Source: an uncultured Acidobacteriota bacterium
GTDB lineage: Bacteria; Acidobacteriota; Thermoanaerobaculia; UBA5066; Gp7-AA6
Direction: 5' to 3'
NCBI GenBank assembly: GCA_963764715.1
Contig: CAVXTP010000006.1
Location: 224,001-288,000, forward strand
DNA: 64,000 nt
In this document: one piece after another, positions 63,281 to 64,000 of the stretch
How the letters are laid out: every line of letters starts with the position of its first letter
Position numbering within the stretch: the stretch's first letter is position 1
Position numbers and translations under genes: made by a program
The notes under the pieces: generated by a model
What the model was told of the DNA's origin: nothing
The model's database searches: none
The model's input: the letters and a program-made list of their open reading frames with translations, nothing else

Positions 63281-64000
63281 CTAGAAGCCGGGCAGGGACT
63301 TGAGGGCGAGCGGGATGATCACGAACATCTGGATGGCGTCGAAGACGCCGTGGGCGACGATGCACGGCAGGACGTTCCGGTAGACCGAAAAGGTCACGGC
63401 GAGCACGGTCGCGATCACCAGGATCCCGACGAGGACGAGCGGCTGGCCGTACGCGCCGTGGGCCGCCGTGAACATCAGCGTGGCGGCGACGGGCCCGACG
63501 CGCGTCTGGAGGAAGGAGCGGAAAAAGAGCTCTTCGACGACCATGGCCGACACCACGATCATGAGCTTGACCCAGACGGGCTGCGCGACGAGCCAGACGA
63601 TCATGGGCGAGACGGTGGCCCCGCCCGAGGACTCGCCCCGGAATTTCGGCGAGACCAGGTACCAGACCCCGAGGATGACGCTCGCCGTGAGGATCGTCAG
63701 GACCCAGCCCACGACGCCGATCCCGGCTCCGACCGCGAGGTCGCGGGCGGGCCGCGGGCTCGAGAGCTTCAGGAAGTCCGCGACCGACCGCCGGCCCGAG
63801 AGCGCGTAGTAGCAGACGAGGAAGAAGACGAGGATCGCGTGCACCGCGAAGACCGAGACGAGCGAGAGCTCCTTGGTCTCGGGCTGCGTGCCCATGAGCC
63901 CCCCGGCGAACGGGATCGCGACGACGAGCAGGAGCACGGCCCCGAGCAGGGCCATGGCCACGGCGCGGCGCCCCGGCTCCGAAAAACCGTCCTCCGCGAA
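63281..64000 (-). CDS. CPBP (CAAX/Abi) intramembrane glutamic endopeptidase, 5'-truncated by the window
   Basis: EELFFRSFL, FTAAH, AHGVFD motifs; the frame stays open to the window end. Confidence 0.85.
   Translation of the reverse strand, partial: FAEDGFSEPGRRAVAMALLGAVLLLVVAIPFAGGLMGTQPETKELSLVSVFAVHAILVFFLVCYYALSGRRSVADFLKLSSPRPARDLAVGAGIGVVGWVLTILTASVILGVWYLVSPKFRGESSGGATVSPMIVWLVAQPVWVKLMIVVSAMVVEELFFRSFLQTRVGPVAATLMFTAAHGAYGQPLVLVGILVIATVLAVTFSVYRNVLPCIVAHGVFDAIQMFVIIPLALKSLPGF

Overview
This is a GC-rich bacterial chromosomal segment. Gene content and style suggest Acidobacteriota, possibly Thermoanaerobaculia-like; this is inference only. Housekeeping blocks dominate: tRNA-Val x2-thrS-infC-rpmI-rplT-pheS-pheT-zapB-like-zapA-(6S RNA)-rny-ymdB, rimP-nusA-infB-DUF503-rbfA-truB-rpsO-pnp, xseA-xseB-ispA, metG-tatD and degP-ntrX-like-pyrE. 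Accessory parts are a sugar-kinase/nucleotidyltransferase cluster, two tandem PA-domain M4 metallopeptidases (the second broken by many indels), surface-glycosylation loci, a VapBC pair, an anti-sigma/anti-anti-sigma pair and a sortase next to its LPKTG substrate. The ORF track misses several signals: (1) a BCP/peroxiredoxin whose peroxidatic Cys codon is an in-frame UGA followed by an fdhF-like SECIS hairpin (probable selenoprotein); (2) two different transposase-less MITE-like elements, both inserted at CTAG stop-codon sites; (3) a family of GTAG-type REP/REPIN repeats; (4) heptamer tandem repeats; (5) a highly structured orphan element upstream of pyrE; (6) an rrn-style boxB/boxA leader before the tRNAs; (7) an ATC start for infC; and (8) a probably leaderless, operator-overlapped vapBC promoter aimed at metG. 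No CRISPR array, integrase or transposase gene was seen.
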